Under the pieces are notes generated by a model. That model was not told the origin of the DNA. It did not search any database and worked only from the letters and a program-made list of their open reading frames with translations. A program made the translations under genes and the position numbers. A DNA stretch of 56,473 nucleotides from a virus (lineage: Duplodnaviria > Caudoviricetes), in the IMG/VR virus record IMGVR_UViG_3300028638_000411, positions 1-56,473 of that record; one strand, 5' to 3'. Every line of letters starts with the position of its first letter. Position 1 is the stretch's first letter. Shown one piece after another: positions 34,979 to 44,664 of the stretch.

Positions 34979-36232
34979 TTGAGCTTTTTATCAGGATTAT
35001 TTCATTCAAGGGATAAGCCAAAGAACTATCTATCTAGCGGGTTTTCATTCCTATTTGGCAGCACGACCAGCGGGAAAACCGTCAATGAGAAAACCGCCAT
35101 GCAAACAACTGCCGTCTATGCCTGTGTCAGAATCCTATCCGAGACCATCGCGAGCCTTCCCCTCCACACCTATCGTCATACCGAAAACGGAAAAGAAAAA
35201 GCTCTTCAGCATCGACTATACCTACTCCTTCATGATGAACCAAACTCCGAGATGACTTCCTTTGTGTTCAGAGAAACACTGATGAGTCATCTTTTATTAT
35301 GGGGCAATGCCTATGCGCAGATTATTCGAGATGGAAGAGGTAACATCGTTTCGCTCTATCCCCTGCTCCCAGATCGGATGACGGTCGACCGGACCCCAAA
35401 GGGCGAATTATTCTATGAATACCATAAGGAATCTGGCAGTGTCATCCTTCGAAAAGAAGAAGTGCTTCATATCCCAGGCCTAGGATTTGATGGTCTCGTG
35501 GGTTATTCACCCATCGCTATGGCCAAAAATGCCATTGGTATGGCAATAGCCACTGAGGAATTTGGCGCTAGGTTCTTCTCTAATGGGGCAAGTCCTGGCG
35601 GCGTCCTTGAACATCCCGGCGTCGTCAAGGATCCAAAACGCATTAGAGATAGCTGGAATGAGGTATATCAAGGCTCTGCAAATGCGCACCGGATCGCAGT
35701 ACTTGAAGAAGGCATGAAATTTCAACCCATCAGTATTCCACCCGAACAAGCGCAATTCATTGCCACAAGAAAATATCAACTCAATGAAATCGCTAGAATT
35801 TTCAGGATCCCACCTCACATGATTGGGGACCTTGAAAAGTCTAGCTTTTCTAATATAGAGCAGCAATCCCTCGAATACGTGAAGTATACCCTGGATCCAT
35901 GGGTAGTTCGTTGGGAGATGTCTCTGCAAAGAGCCCTTCTGACCGAAAAGGAAAAACAGGAGTACTTTATCAAGTTTAATTTGGACGGTCTTCTAAGGGG
36001 CGATTACCAAAGCCGTATGAATGGCTACGCCACTGGCAGGCAAAACGGCTGGCTCTCTGCCAACGACATTAGAGAACTAGAGGATCTTAATCGCATTCCT
36101 GAAGATTTAGGCGGGGACCTTTACTTGGTGAACGGTAACATGATGACACTCCAGAGTACAAATTCAAGCAAAAAGTATGAAACGGAAGGTGAAGTGAGTG
36201 AAAAAGAAGTTTTGGAACTGGGTGAGAAATGA
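34979..36232 (+). CDS. HK97-family portal protein
   Basis: AVYACV.IL...IA.LP, LL.GNAY, G.SPI, IARIF.IPP. Confidence 0.95.
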   Translation: MSFLSGLFHSRDKPKNYLSSGFSFLFGSTTSGKTVNEKTAMQTTAVYACVRILSETIASLPLHTYRHTENGKEKALQHRLYLLLHDEPNSEMTSFVFRETLMSHLLLWGNAYAQIIRDGRGNIVSLYPLLPDRMTVDRTPKGELFYEYHKESGSVILRKEEVLHIPGLGFDGLVGYSPIAMAKNAIGMAIATEEFGARFFSNGASPGGVLEHPGVVKDPKRIRDSWNEVYQGSANAHRIAVLEEGMKFQPISIPPEQAQFIATRKYQLNEIARIFRIPPHMIGDLEKSSFSNIEQQSLEYVKYTLDPWVVRWEMSLQRALLTEKEKQEYFIKFNLDGLLRGDYQSRMNGYATGRQNGWLSANDIRELEDLNRIPEDLGGDLYLVNGNMMTLQSTNSSKKYETEGEVSEKEVLELGEK

Positions 36233-36908
36233 AAACGGTAGAACATTATTTCTAGATGGTCCTATCGCCGAAGAAACCTGGTATGGCGACGAGGTGACGC
36301 CTAAACAATTCAGGGCTGAACTACTCAGTGGTGAAGGCGATATCACCATCTGGATTAACTCACCAGGCGGTTGTGTTTTTGCGGCCAGTCAAATCTACAA
36401 TATGCTGATGGATTATAAAGGCCACGTCACTGTCAAGATCGACGGCATAGCTGCAAGTGCTGCCTCAGTCATCGCGATGGCAGGCTCAGAGGTCCTCATG
36501 TCACCAGTAGCACTGATGATGATTCACAATCCGATGACTCTTGCTTTTGGGGACACCGAAGAAATGAAAAAGGCCATCGGGATGCTGAGTGAAGTTAAAG
36601 AGAGCATCTTAAATTCTTATGAAATTAAAACTGGATTATCAAGGGCAAAACTCTCCCATCTCATGGATGCTGAAAGCTGGTTCAATGCAAAGAAAGCCAT
36701 CGAACTGGGATTTGCCGATGGTATGCTTTATGAATCCGAAACTGAGATGATGCCAGATGAAGGCATGATCTTCAGTAAAATGACCGCCATCAATTCTTTA
36801 ATGAAGCGTCTGCCAAAAGAAGAAAAAAAGCCTGAAGAAGAAATAGCTCTGCCTGAAACCATTGCTGTCGAGTCACTTGAAAAGCGACTGAACCTAATCA
36901 AACCATAG
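36198..36908 (+). CDS. ClpP-type prohead protease
   Basis: INSPGG, GIAASAASVI, MMIHNP. Confidence 0.93.
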   Translation: MKKKFWNWVRNENGRTLFLDGPIAEETWYGDEVTPKQFRAELLSGEGDITIWINSPGGCVFAASQIYNMLMDYKGHVTVKIDGIAASAASVIAMAGSEVLMSPVALMMIHNPMTLAFGDTEEMKKAIGMLSEVKESILNSYEIKTGLSRAKLSHLMDAESWFNAKKAIELGFADGMLYESETEMMPDEGMIFSKMTAINSLMKRLPKEEKKPEEEIALPETIAVESLEKRLNLIKP

Positions 36909-36920
36909 GAGGATATGTAC

Positions 36921-38114
36921 ATGAATAAAATTTTAGAACTCAGAGAAAAGCGGGCAAAAGTTTGGGAGGAGGCGAAGTCCTTCCTCGACTCAAAACGTGA
37001 TGAGTCCGGCCAAATTTCTAAGGAGGATTCGATCGTCTATGAAAAGATGGAAGCAGACGTTGTGAATCTCGGTAAAGAAATCGAGCGACTTGAGCGCCAA
37101 CAGATGATTGAGATGGAACTCTCAAAGCCGGTTACGGATCCGATTACCTCTCGACCAGAGCGTCAAATGAAAGAAAAAACGGGTCGCGCCAGTGATGAAT
37201 ATAAGTCTGCCTTCTGGCGTGCGATGAAGGATAAGAATAGCTTCGACGTTCAAAACGCCCTCCAGGTTGGCACCGACTCTGAAGGCGGCTACCTCGTCCC
37301 CGATGAATTCGAAGCGACGCTGATTGAAGCACTCCTTGAAGAAAATATCTTTAGGAGTCTAGCGACAGTGATTCGCACCTCCTCTGGTGATCGTAAGATT
37401 CCGGTGGTGGCCTCAAAAGGCACCGCTTCCTGGGTGGATGAGGAAGCCCCAATTCCAGAGTCCGATGATGCTTTTGGCCAGGTTTCCCTGGGAGCCCATA
37501 AACTTGGGACCATCATCAAGGTCTCTGAAGAACTGCTGAACGACAGCATCTTTAACCTGCAGGCTTATATCGCGAAGGAATTTGCCCGCAGAATCGGTAC
37601 CAAAGAGGAAGAGGCCTTCTTTATTGGTAATGGTACCGGCAAGCCGGTAGGAATCTTCAACGCCACAGGTGGGGCCGACGTGGGCGTCACAAGCGCCCTT
37701 GCTGCGTCTATTAAGTTCGATGAACTCATTGACCTCTACTACTCACTGAAATCGCCGTATCGGAAGAATGCGATGTTTGTCACGAATGATGCGACCATCA
37801 AAGAAATCAGGAAGCTCAAAGATGGTAATGGGCTGTACCTCTGGCAGCCTTCCGTTCGTATTGGTGAGCCAGACACAATCCTTAATAAACCGGTGAAAAC
37901 CTCTTACTTTGTACCGACGATTGCTGCCACCGCCAAAACCGTTGCCTTTGGTGACTTCTCCTACTACTGGATCGCCGATAGACAAGGTAGAGCTTTCCAG
38001 CGTCTTAACGAGCTCTATGCAGTGACAGGTCAGGTTGGTTTCAAAGCCACTCAGCGCGTCGACGGTAAACTAATCCTCTCTGAAGCCATCAAAGTGCTTC
38101 AGCAGCATGCGTAG
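36921..38114 (+). CDS. HK97-family major capsid protein
   Basis: Coiled-coil delta domain, GGYLVP, SEELLNDS, G.G.GKP.GI, LKDGNG.YLW, FGDF. Confidence 0.95.
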   Translation: MNKILELREKRAKVWEEAKSFLDSKRDESGQISKEDSIVYEKMEADVVNLGKEIERLERQQMIEMELSKPVTDPITSRPERQMKEKTGRASDEYKSAFWRAMKDKNSFDVQNALQVGTDSEGGYLVPDEFEATLIEALLEENIFRSLATVIRTSSGDRKIPVVASKGTASWVDEEAPIPESDDAFGQVSLGAHKLGTIIKVSEELLNDSIFNLQAYIAKEFARRIGTKEEEAFFIGNGTGKPVGIFNATGGADVGVTSALAASIKFDELIDLYYSLKSPYRKNAMFVTNDATIKEIRKLKDGNGLYLWQPSVRIGEPDTILNKPVKTSYFVPTIAATAKTVAFGDFSYYWIADRQGRAFQRLNELYAVTGQVGFKATQRVDGKLILSEAIKVLQQHA

Positions 38115-38121
38115 GTGATGA

Positions 38122-38346
38122 ATGATGAGTAACGTAAAAAACTATACTGAACAGGGCGGCGAAAGAACGGTCATTGGCGGTACCCTTGAAATTGAAAGCA
38201 CTGGTAGCCTGACGTTTAACGGGACCGCCCTTACTCCTGCCGCAGCTCAGGCGGATAGTGTGGCATCAACCGTAGCAGGAGTTGTGGTGGACCTAAATGC
38301 CCTACTCGCCAAACTAAGAGCCGCTGGGCTAATGCTCAGTGAATGA
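38122..38346 (+). CDS. Head fibre/decoration protein
   Basis: NYTEQGG..TVIGG.L; ends NALLAKLRAAGLM; immediately after the capsid gene. Confidence 0.7.
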   Translation: MMSNVKNYTEQGGERTVIGGTLEIESTGSLTFNGTALTPAAAQADSVASTVAGVVVDLNALLAKLRAAGLMLSE

Positions 38347-38357
38347 TGGAGGATCTT

Positions 38358-38510
38358 ATGCAGACAAAAGGTAAAGTTAAAAAAGCCACCATTGAAGCCA
38401 CCCTGATTAAGGCAGATGGATCAAAAGTGAATCTTGGTACCATCGTCGACACTGAAAAGAAAAAAGGCATCTTAGAAATACTAAAAGGGAAGGTGAAGTC
38501 AAATGGCTGA
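38358..38510 (+). CDS. 50-aa hypothetical protein (absent from ORF track)
   Basis: GGAGG RBS; MQTKGKVKKATIEATLIKADGSKVNLGTIV...; overlaps the next start. Confidence 0.6.
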   Translation: MQTKGKVKKATIEATLIKADGSKVNLGTIVDTEKKKGILEILKGKVKSNG

Positions 38511-38892
38511 TACCGTCTATGTTGTCAACAACGGGCTGGGGCTCGTCACCGCTGCCCTTGCAGCATCTAGCCACAAATATGTAGCCTGGGGCACAGGCGT
38601 CACGGCGGCTACGGTTACCGATGCTGCGCTGCAGACCGCAGCCGCACCCACGGCGACGACCGCAGTGACTGGTACTCAAACACAGCAAACCACAACGACC
38701 ACGAACGACACCTATCAAGTTGTGGCCACGATTACAGCTGGAGGCGCTCTTGCGATTACAGAGGTCGGCATCTTTAATCAGGCGACCCTTTCCGGAGCGA
38801 CGATGTACCTCCATGGGACGTTCTCTGCGATCAACGTCTCCTCCGGCGACTCGATCCAGTTCACGATCAAGACTGTGTTTGACCAAGTATAA
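38503..38892 (+). CDS. Small virion structural protein resembling fibre-attachment N-terminal domains
   Basis: NNG...YVAWGTG.TA....D.AL...ITEVGIF...F.AINV..GDSIQFT pattern. Confidence 0.6.
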   Translation: MADTVYVVNNGLGLVTAALAASSHKYVAWGTGVTAATVTDAALQTAAAPTATTAVTGTQTQQTTTTTNDTYQVVATITAGGALAITEVGIFNQATLSGATMYLHGTFSAINVSSGDSIQFTIKTVFDQV

Positions 38893-38946
38893 CTCATTGG
38901 GGCCGGGGATTCTCGGCCTCAAGTCTACTTTAAGAGGTGAAGTGCC

Positions 38947-39528
38947 TTGCCTTTATTCTTTGTTCAAAGTGAAGCCCCTGATAGGGCCAAAGTCCTAAGT
39001 ATTCATTATAAGCCTGAACTACTACCACCAGAGACGGTCGCTAGTGGAATACTGGTCGAAACAAAACTTGAACCTGAAAACCAGCCGAGAAAAATCGGGG
39101 TCCTCTATATCAACCCCCAGACGCTGACGCAATGGTACGAATATGTCGACCGGCCACTGACCCCAGATGAACTTCTCTCCGATATGATGGCTCAGTTTAA
39201 GAAACTTGAACAAATGGTCATCCATTCCTATAGGGCATGGGCTGCTGGGGTATCGTATAGTGTCGGTGATGTCATTCAGTATGGCGGAGTCCTTTATGAG
39301 GTCATTCAGGCCCATACCTCTCAGGCGGGGTGGACACCTCCGGTCGTTCCCGCACTATTTAGGGCTAAAACTGCGGACGGTACGATCGCCGCTTGGGTCC
39401 AGCCAGCCGGGGCTCATGATGCCTATGCGATCCACTCTCAGGTCATCCACAATGGCCAAATATGGATTAGCTTGATCGATACAAATGTTTGGGAACCGGG
39501 GGTCTTTGGATGGTCAGTCCTCTGGTAA
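38947..39528 (+). CDS. Protein with CBM5/12-like carbohydrate-binding modules
   Basis: AWAAGVSYSVGDVIQYGGVLYEVIQAHTSQAGWTP, plus a second W-rich module. Confidence 0.75.
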   Translation: MPLFFVQSEAPDRAKVLSIHYKPELLPPETVASGILVETKLEPENQPRKIGVLYINPQTLTQWYEYVDRPLTPDELLSDMMAQFKKLEQMVIHSYRAWAAGVSYSVGDVIQYGGVLYEVIQAHTSQAGWTPPVVPALFRAKTADGTIAAWVQPAGAHDAYAIHSQVIHNGQIWISLIDTNVWEPGVFGWSVLW

Positions 39529-39549
39529 CTTGAGAGGACGGAGATAATA

Positions 39550-40476
39550 GTGCCAAATCTAAATTACGGATATGCCACATTACTAAGCAGCGGAAATCTT
39601 TATCAATTCAACCTGTCCGATATGAGTGCGGGGTATACTTCTGACACCTATGGCGGGTATCTTGAGACGATGACCAGCGATAGTGCTCATGTGTATGCAG
39701 GCGGTCAAACCATTTACAAGGTTTTTCAGTACAACCCATACGATATGAGTAAGATCGCTGAGTCATTAAATCTTGGGGGCACCGTCCGAATCCTCTGTTG
39801 TGATAATGATTATGTCTTTGCATCAGCGTCCGGAAAAATCTTTAAGTTAGATCCATCGGATATGAGTACAATCGCAGAATCGTCTACCCTTATGACTATC
39901 ATCTATGGCATGTCGGTGAAAGGTGATTATGTTTACGCAGGAGGGTCATCCCAGACGGTTATAAAATGTAGCATTTCAGATTTAAGCACTTCTTTGACGT
40001 CTCCAGATTACGGGGGATATGTCATGGATGTTTTAGCTACAGATAACTACATTTATGCAAGTGGTCAAACCACTCAGACAGTTTGCAAATATGATCCGGC
40101 GGATATGAGCGAGGTCGCTGAGTCGGCCGATTACGGCGGGCTCCCCTCTGGGCTTGCTTTCACTAACGGGTACATTTTTGCCGGTGGCGCAACAATTCAA
40201 AAAGTCTATAAATATGACCCTTCAGACATGAGTAAACTCACGGAGTCGGCAACATATGGTGGCAATATATCGGGAGTCGGTTCGGATGACGATTATGTCT
40301 ATGCCGGTGGTACAACGACTCAAAAAGTTTTCAAGTACGATCCATTTGACTTGAGTAAAATATCTGAAACGTCGTCCTTTGGGGTGAATATCACAGCCCT
40401 TAATATTCAGTCCGCAGTCTATTATGTTTTGACAGCCACTTTCGACACTGATCATATTACCATCGCCTGGACTTAA
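39550..40476 (+). CDS. Beta-propeller repeat protein
   Basis: Six ~40-aa repeats YVYAGG.T.QKV.KYDP.DMS...ES..YGG plus a partial seventh. Confidence 0.75.
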   Translation: MPNLNYGYATLLSSGNLYQFNLSDMSAGYTSDTYGGYLETMTSDSAHVYAGGQTIYKVFQYNPYDMSKIAESLNLGGTVRILCCDNDYVFASASGKIFKLDPSDMSTIAESSTLMTIIYGMSVKGDYVYAGGSSQTVIKCSISDLSTSLTSPDYGGYVMDVLATDNYIYASGQTTQTVCKYDPADMSEVAESADYGGLPSGLAFTNGYIFAGGATIQKVYKYDPSDMSKLTESATYGGNISGVGSDDDYVYAGGTTTQKVFKYDPFDLSKISETSSFGVNITALNIQSAVYYVLTATFDTDHITIAWT

Positions 40477-40493
40477 AACAAGGGGGCGACTTA

Positions 40494-43400
40494 ATGGCCT
40501 ATCCACAGATCGCCACCTATCAAACCGGGTTCACTACTGTTAATGCCACCTCAACGACGATCACGGTCCCAACTGGCACTCAGGATAAGGATTTACTACT
40601 TCTATTCTTTTCTAAGGACGGTACAGCAGCGCCGACGACACCGGCGGATTGGAACTTACTCAGTGGGGGATCCTCTGGCGCATCTTATTTCAGCGTATTC
40701 TACCGAAAGCTTACTGGGAGCATATCCGATTTCACAGTGACCCATGCGTCTGAACAGACGGCGTGGGTCATTGTCCGGATCCCTCTCGGCGATACGCCCG
40801 TCATCAACACCATCGCGACAGGCACGTCGACAGCTCCGAATTCAGGCGTCTTAACATCAGGGTTCACAGTTGGTACAGAAACCCTTTATCTGTCCGCTTG
40901 TGGATGGGATAGTAACGACAACCTATCGGGATATCCTTCCGGAATGAGTCTATACAACTACGCTGCGAACAACACTTCGTCTCAAGGCTCGGGAGCAGCA
41001 ATCGCCGGGACAGATTCGACATCTGCGTCGTTTGACCCGGCGGCATTTGCCCTAGCTGGTTCTGAGGAATGGGCGGCATTTACGCTCGCAGTTAAACTCA
41101 TTCCTATAACCGAAAAGACCCTGACCACGACTTCGAACATTTCCTCGGCGCTGCAAACCTCTGTGCTTTACGTTGGGTACTATATTGAGCGTAAAGTCGA
41201 CGGTGGGTCATGGGAATTATTAGCTTATGACGATGCTTCGCCCTATGTCGACTATGATATTGATCCAGGCTCGACTTACTGCTACCGGGTCAAATACTGG
41301 GACGGGTCTGAGTACTCCGTCTATTCTAATGAGGACTGCGAGATATATCCTTCTGGCGGATCGACACCAAAAGCGCTATCCGCGAGCATCACGATGGCCG
41401 GACATGTGCAGCGTCAAACTAATAGATACATTTCAGGCCAGGTATTCACAGTGGGGACTTTCCTCAAGGCAGCCTCTCGAAATCTGATAGGGTATGCGGT
41501 CGTGACTACGATGACAGTAAGGCATATAGCGCATACGATCGCCGGGAATATAGCCTCGGCGGCAAGTGTCATGCGAGCAAGAACTGTCCTTCGAGTTATT
41601 GCCACTGCTGTCAGCACCACGACCAAAATCACACGCACTTCACTTCGTAATATAGTAAGTTGGGTAAATTTATCTGGAGCAGTCCTAAAATGGACGGATT
41701 CAGGAAAAATGACTACGAGTAACTCAACTGCTACGAACCAAAGATTAACCTCAAGGTCATTCTCAGGAACCGTCATTCCTTCAGCAGACGCGCAGCTTCA
41801 GTCCTTTAGAATAATGTCAGCGATAGCCAACACAGTTGCTACAGCATTACGAGACTTCACTGCTGGAACTGTTGAAAAGGTTCTAAACGCTACGATCAAA
41901 GCCACGGCAACAGCGCAAAAATCTATATTAAAAACTCTGATTGGATATATCCAGACCATAAGATCGGTTTTTAGGTCCACTGGAAAAGCCCTCACTAGAT
42001 CAGTCTATCTATCAGATTTCCTGATCAAGGACATCGTGTCGATAAAATCAGCGAGCATAAAGATGACCACCACGGTTCGCCGGGCAACTGTCCGTGCCTT
42101 TATGACGGTGACTAGAGCGCTAGTGAGTCTTATGCGTCAAAACACGCAGGTACTTATTTCTTCACCACTGGTCAGCAGTATCACCACCCGAAGTCTCACC
42201 GTTGTTAAGACAATCATAGCTTCATTAAGCACTTTCGCCCAGTTCATAAGACAAATAATGAAATTATTCGCTGGTTCTATGACCATCACATCGACAGTCG
42301 CCCGGATCAAAGTAGCCCTTAAGACTTTGAGTACAAGTCTAACAACGATTGATTCTATTAAAAAAGGAATTTCCCGAATCCTAACCTCTGCTGTTGGTAT
42401 CATAAGCACTTCCAGGCGTTTTATGGATCGGACTTTCTTTTTGACACTCAATATCTCCAGCTTTAATCTTCGTCAGACAGAGAAAAAATTCACCACATCT
42501 ACGACCGTCACCTCGATAATTGCCCGAATGAAAGTGGCTCTCAAGACCTTAGTTGCAAGCATAACGGAGACTGGATCTATCCTGAGGGAGATCAACCGAA
42601 CTCTGGTCTCCACTATTGATGCGTTGAGCACTACCAGGCGATCGATAATCCAAAATTTTGTATCAGAAATCAGCATCCTTGGCCAAAACCTACATCAGAC
42701 AGCAAAGCGGATTACCGAATCCGTTGCCATCACCTCGACGATTGTCCGGATGAAAGTCGCACTCAAGACCTTGATGACGGAGATCATCACAGAAGGTTCA
42801 CTTCGTAGGGAAGCAACCCGGTCCATCACCATTGTCATATTCAACGCTTCAGTTCTTCGAAAAACGATCGCCCGTTCTTTCACATTTGCCCTGACCATAT
42901 TATCCATGGCAAGGTGGCAGATCGAAAAAGTCCTTGAGGCTTCGGTCCGTGTACTCACAAGTTTAGCCCACTCATCCGTGATCATGCGGACCATTACTGC
43001 AACGACGCGCGCTGCATCAGCAGTTATAAGAGTCACAATCAAAACGACCGTCATAGGGGCACGTATAGTAGGATCCGTCTGGCGTCAGACTTTTAAGATC
43101 ATTTCTGCAGTGGCTTCTACCACAGCGCAGATCACTCGAGTGACTGCAAGAGAGGTTCGTTCAGACCTTGGTGCGATTGGATCCACGTTCCGAATCACCA
43201 CGCGGGATGTTAGGGCTGCTTTATTGGCATCAACGATAGGCACTGACATCCATAAAATCGTGGTTATGGTCTATTATAAGACCGTCACTGCGATCACAAG
43301 TGCGACTGTAGCCATTAAACGCCATGCCGGTCGGATCCTCCTATCGTTAATAGACGCTGCCGGTTCCCGAAACAGTGCTAGGTGCCACGCTGAGACAGGG

Positions 43401-43751
43401 GTAAGAACCATCACACTATCAACCACTAATCGTTCTTTAATTCTATCTATAACAAACCAGGAAGGAGGACCGCTCACCATGGCCTACACCGGCGACACCA
43501 TACGACTCTATGGCAGGTTTTACAACTGGTCTGGCGAACTTTCCGATGTCACTGATCCGGGCATCACTATTTTCGACGGCAAAGGTAATCAAATTATAAC
43601 CGACGTCCCAACGAGGCAGCAGGCTGGTGTTTATTACTTTGATTACACTATCCCAACAGGGTTTTCAGATCCACTGGTCTATGAAATCAGCGGCCTCATG
43701 GAAGGCACACCAATACTTGCGCGTTCGACAATTGACCGGAGGTGGGTCTAG
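40494..43751 (+). CDS. Large putative fibre protein: beta-sandwich, partial FN3, long Thr/Ile/Arg-rich repeat shaft, C-terminal Ig-like module
   Basis: GYYIER..W..Y.D..PG.TY.YRV; ~25-aa basic repeats; 222-nt periodic blocks. Confidence 0.65.
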   Translation: MAYPQIATYQTGFTTVNATSTTITVPTGTQDKDLLLLFFSKDGTAAPTTPADWNLLSGGSSGASYFSVFYRKLTGSISDFTVTHASEQTAWVIVRIPLGDTPVINTIATGTSTAPNSGVLTSGFTVGTETLYLSACGWDSNDNLSGYPSGMSLYNYAANNTSSQGSGAAIAGTDSTSASFDPAAFALAGSEEWAAFTLAVKLIPITEKTLTTTSNISSALQTSVLYVGYYIERKVDGGSWELLAYDDASPYVDYDIDPGSTYCYRVKYWDGSEYSVYSNEDCEIYPSGGSTPKALSASITMAGHVQRQTNRYISGQVFTVGTFLKAASRNLIGYAVVTTMTVRHIAHTIAGNIASAASVMRARTVLRVIATAVSTTTKITRTSLRNIVSWVNLSGAVLKWTDSGKMTTSNSTATNQRLTSRSFSGTVIPSADAQLQSFRIMSAIANTVATALRDFTAGTVEKVLNATIKATATAQKSILKTLIGYIQTIRSVFRSTGKALTRSVYLSDFLIKDIVSIKSASIKMTTTVRRATVRAFMTVTRALVSLMRQNTQVLISSPLVSSITTRSLTVVKTIIASLSTFAQFIRQIMKLFAGSMTITSTVARIKVALKTLSTSLTTIDSIKKGISRILTSAVGIISTSRRFMDRTFFLTLNISSFNLRQTEKKFTTSTTVTSIIARMKVALKTLVASITETGSILREINRTLVSTIDALSTTRRSIIQNFVSEISILGQNLHQTAKRITESVAITSTIVRMKVALKTLMTEIITEGSLRREATRSITIVIFNASVLRKTIARSFTFALTILSMARWQIEKVLEASVRVLTSLAHSSVIMRTITATTRAASAVIRVTIKTTVIGARIVGSVWRQTFKIISAVASTTAQITRVTAREVRSDLGAIGSTFRITTRDVRAALLASTIGTDIHKIVVMVYYKTVTAITSATVAIKRHAGRILLSLIDAAGSRNSARCHAETGVRTITLSTTNRSLILSITNQEGGPLTMAYTGDTIRLYGRFYNWSGELSDVTDPGITIFDGKGNQIITDVPTRQQAGVYYFDYTIPTGFSDPLVYEISGLMEGTPILARSTIDRRWV

Positions 43752-44329
43752 TGATAGGACGAATCAAAATCGTTGTCCCCGTCAGTGCTGAACCCATCTC
43801 GGTAGATGATGTGAAGGATCAGCTTAGAATCGACATCGCAGACGAAGATGACTACCTAGCGGACCTTATCTTCGCCGCAAGAGACTACGCTGAGAATTAT
43901 ACAAGGCTTAGTCTAGCCAGTCAGACCCTTGAACTGATGCTAGACACACTTTCTGAAGTTGACTTCATTGAATTACCTGGCTCGCCTGTACAGTCGGTCA
44001 CTTCATTTAAAATCACAGACGTCTTTGGTATCGACACCAATATGATTTTAGGAACGGATTATCTCGTAGACCTTGACCGGATCCCAGCGCGCATCGTGCT
44101 GCCCTACAATAAGTCTTGGCTAGGCATCGAACTGCACCCCGTCGCACCAATTAGGATTAGATATGAATCCGGTTATAACAACACGACTAATAAAATCCCT
44201 TATAGTCTAAAGGCGGGACTGCTACTTCACGTAGGGCTACTTTATCAATACCGGGATGCTGAGATCCCTGAAGGCGCCATGACCACGGTGAAACGACTCT
44301 ATGACATGCACCGCGCCATTTGGTTTTAA
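43751..44329 (+). CDS. Head-tail connector (gp6-like)
   Basis: EPISVDDVK.QLRID..DED.YL..LI.AAR.YAE..T; GTG start after GGAGGTG. Confidence 0.85.
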   Translation: MIGRIKIVVPVSAEPISVDDVKDQLRIDIADEDDYLADLIFAARDYAENYTRLSLASQTLELMLDTLSEVDFIELPGSPVQSVTSFKITDVFGIDTNMILGTDYLVDLDRIPARIVLPYNKSWLGIELHPVAPIRIRYESGYNNTTNKIPYSLKAGLLLHVGLLYQYRDAEIPEGAMTTVKRLYDMHRAIWF

Positions 44330-44342
44330 TGAGGTGTTAGAA

Positions 44343-44663
44343 ATGCTAAATGCAGGTGAACTAAACCACCGCATCACACTAGAAAAGAATGAACCCATAA
44401 AAAGTAGCGACGGTAGCCCACTAGAAAACTGGGTAACCGTCGTTTCTGTTTGGGCCAACTATCAGGCAAAGAGTGGTCGTGAATTCTTTGCGGCGCAGCG
44501 GTTTAATGCTGAGGTAAATGCCCTGTTTAGAATTCGGTACCGAACGGACCTCACCGTAAAAATGAGAGTGAAGTATAAAAACAGGTATTTTGAGATTTTA
44601 TTTCTGAATGATACCGGTAAAGACCAAGGAGAGTTGGTTCTAGCCTGTCGTGAGGTGGTTTAG
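44343..44663 (+). CDS. Head closure protein (SPP1 gp16-like)
   Basis: AGELNHRITL..W..VWA..GRE..FRIRYR. Confidence 0.88.
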   Translation: MLNAGELNHRITLEKNEPIKSSDGSPLENWVTVVSVWANYQAKSGREFFAAQRFNAEVNALFRIRYRTDLTVKMRVKYKNRYFEILFLNDTGKDQGELVLACREVV

Positions 44664-44664
44664 G

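Noticed and set aside
41414-43480. Run of minus-strand ORFs opposite the 1085-aa gene
   Set aside because: Explained by the Thr/Ile/Ser codon bias of the sense gene, which yields Val/Met-rich antisense frames with few stops.
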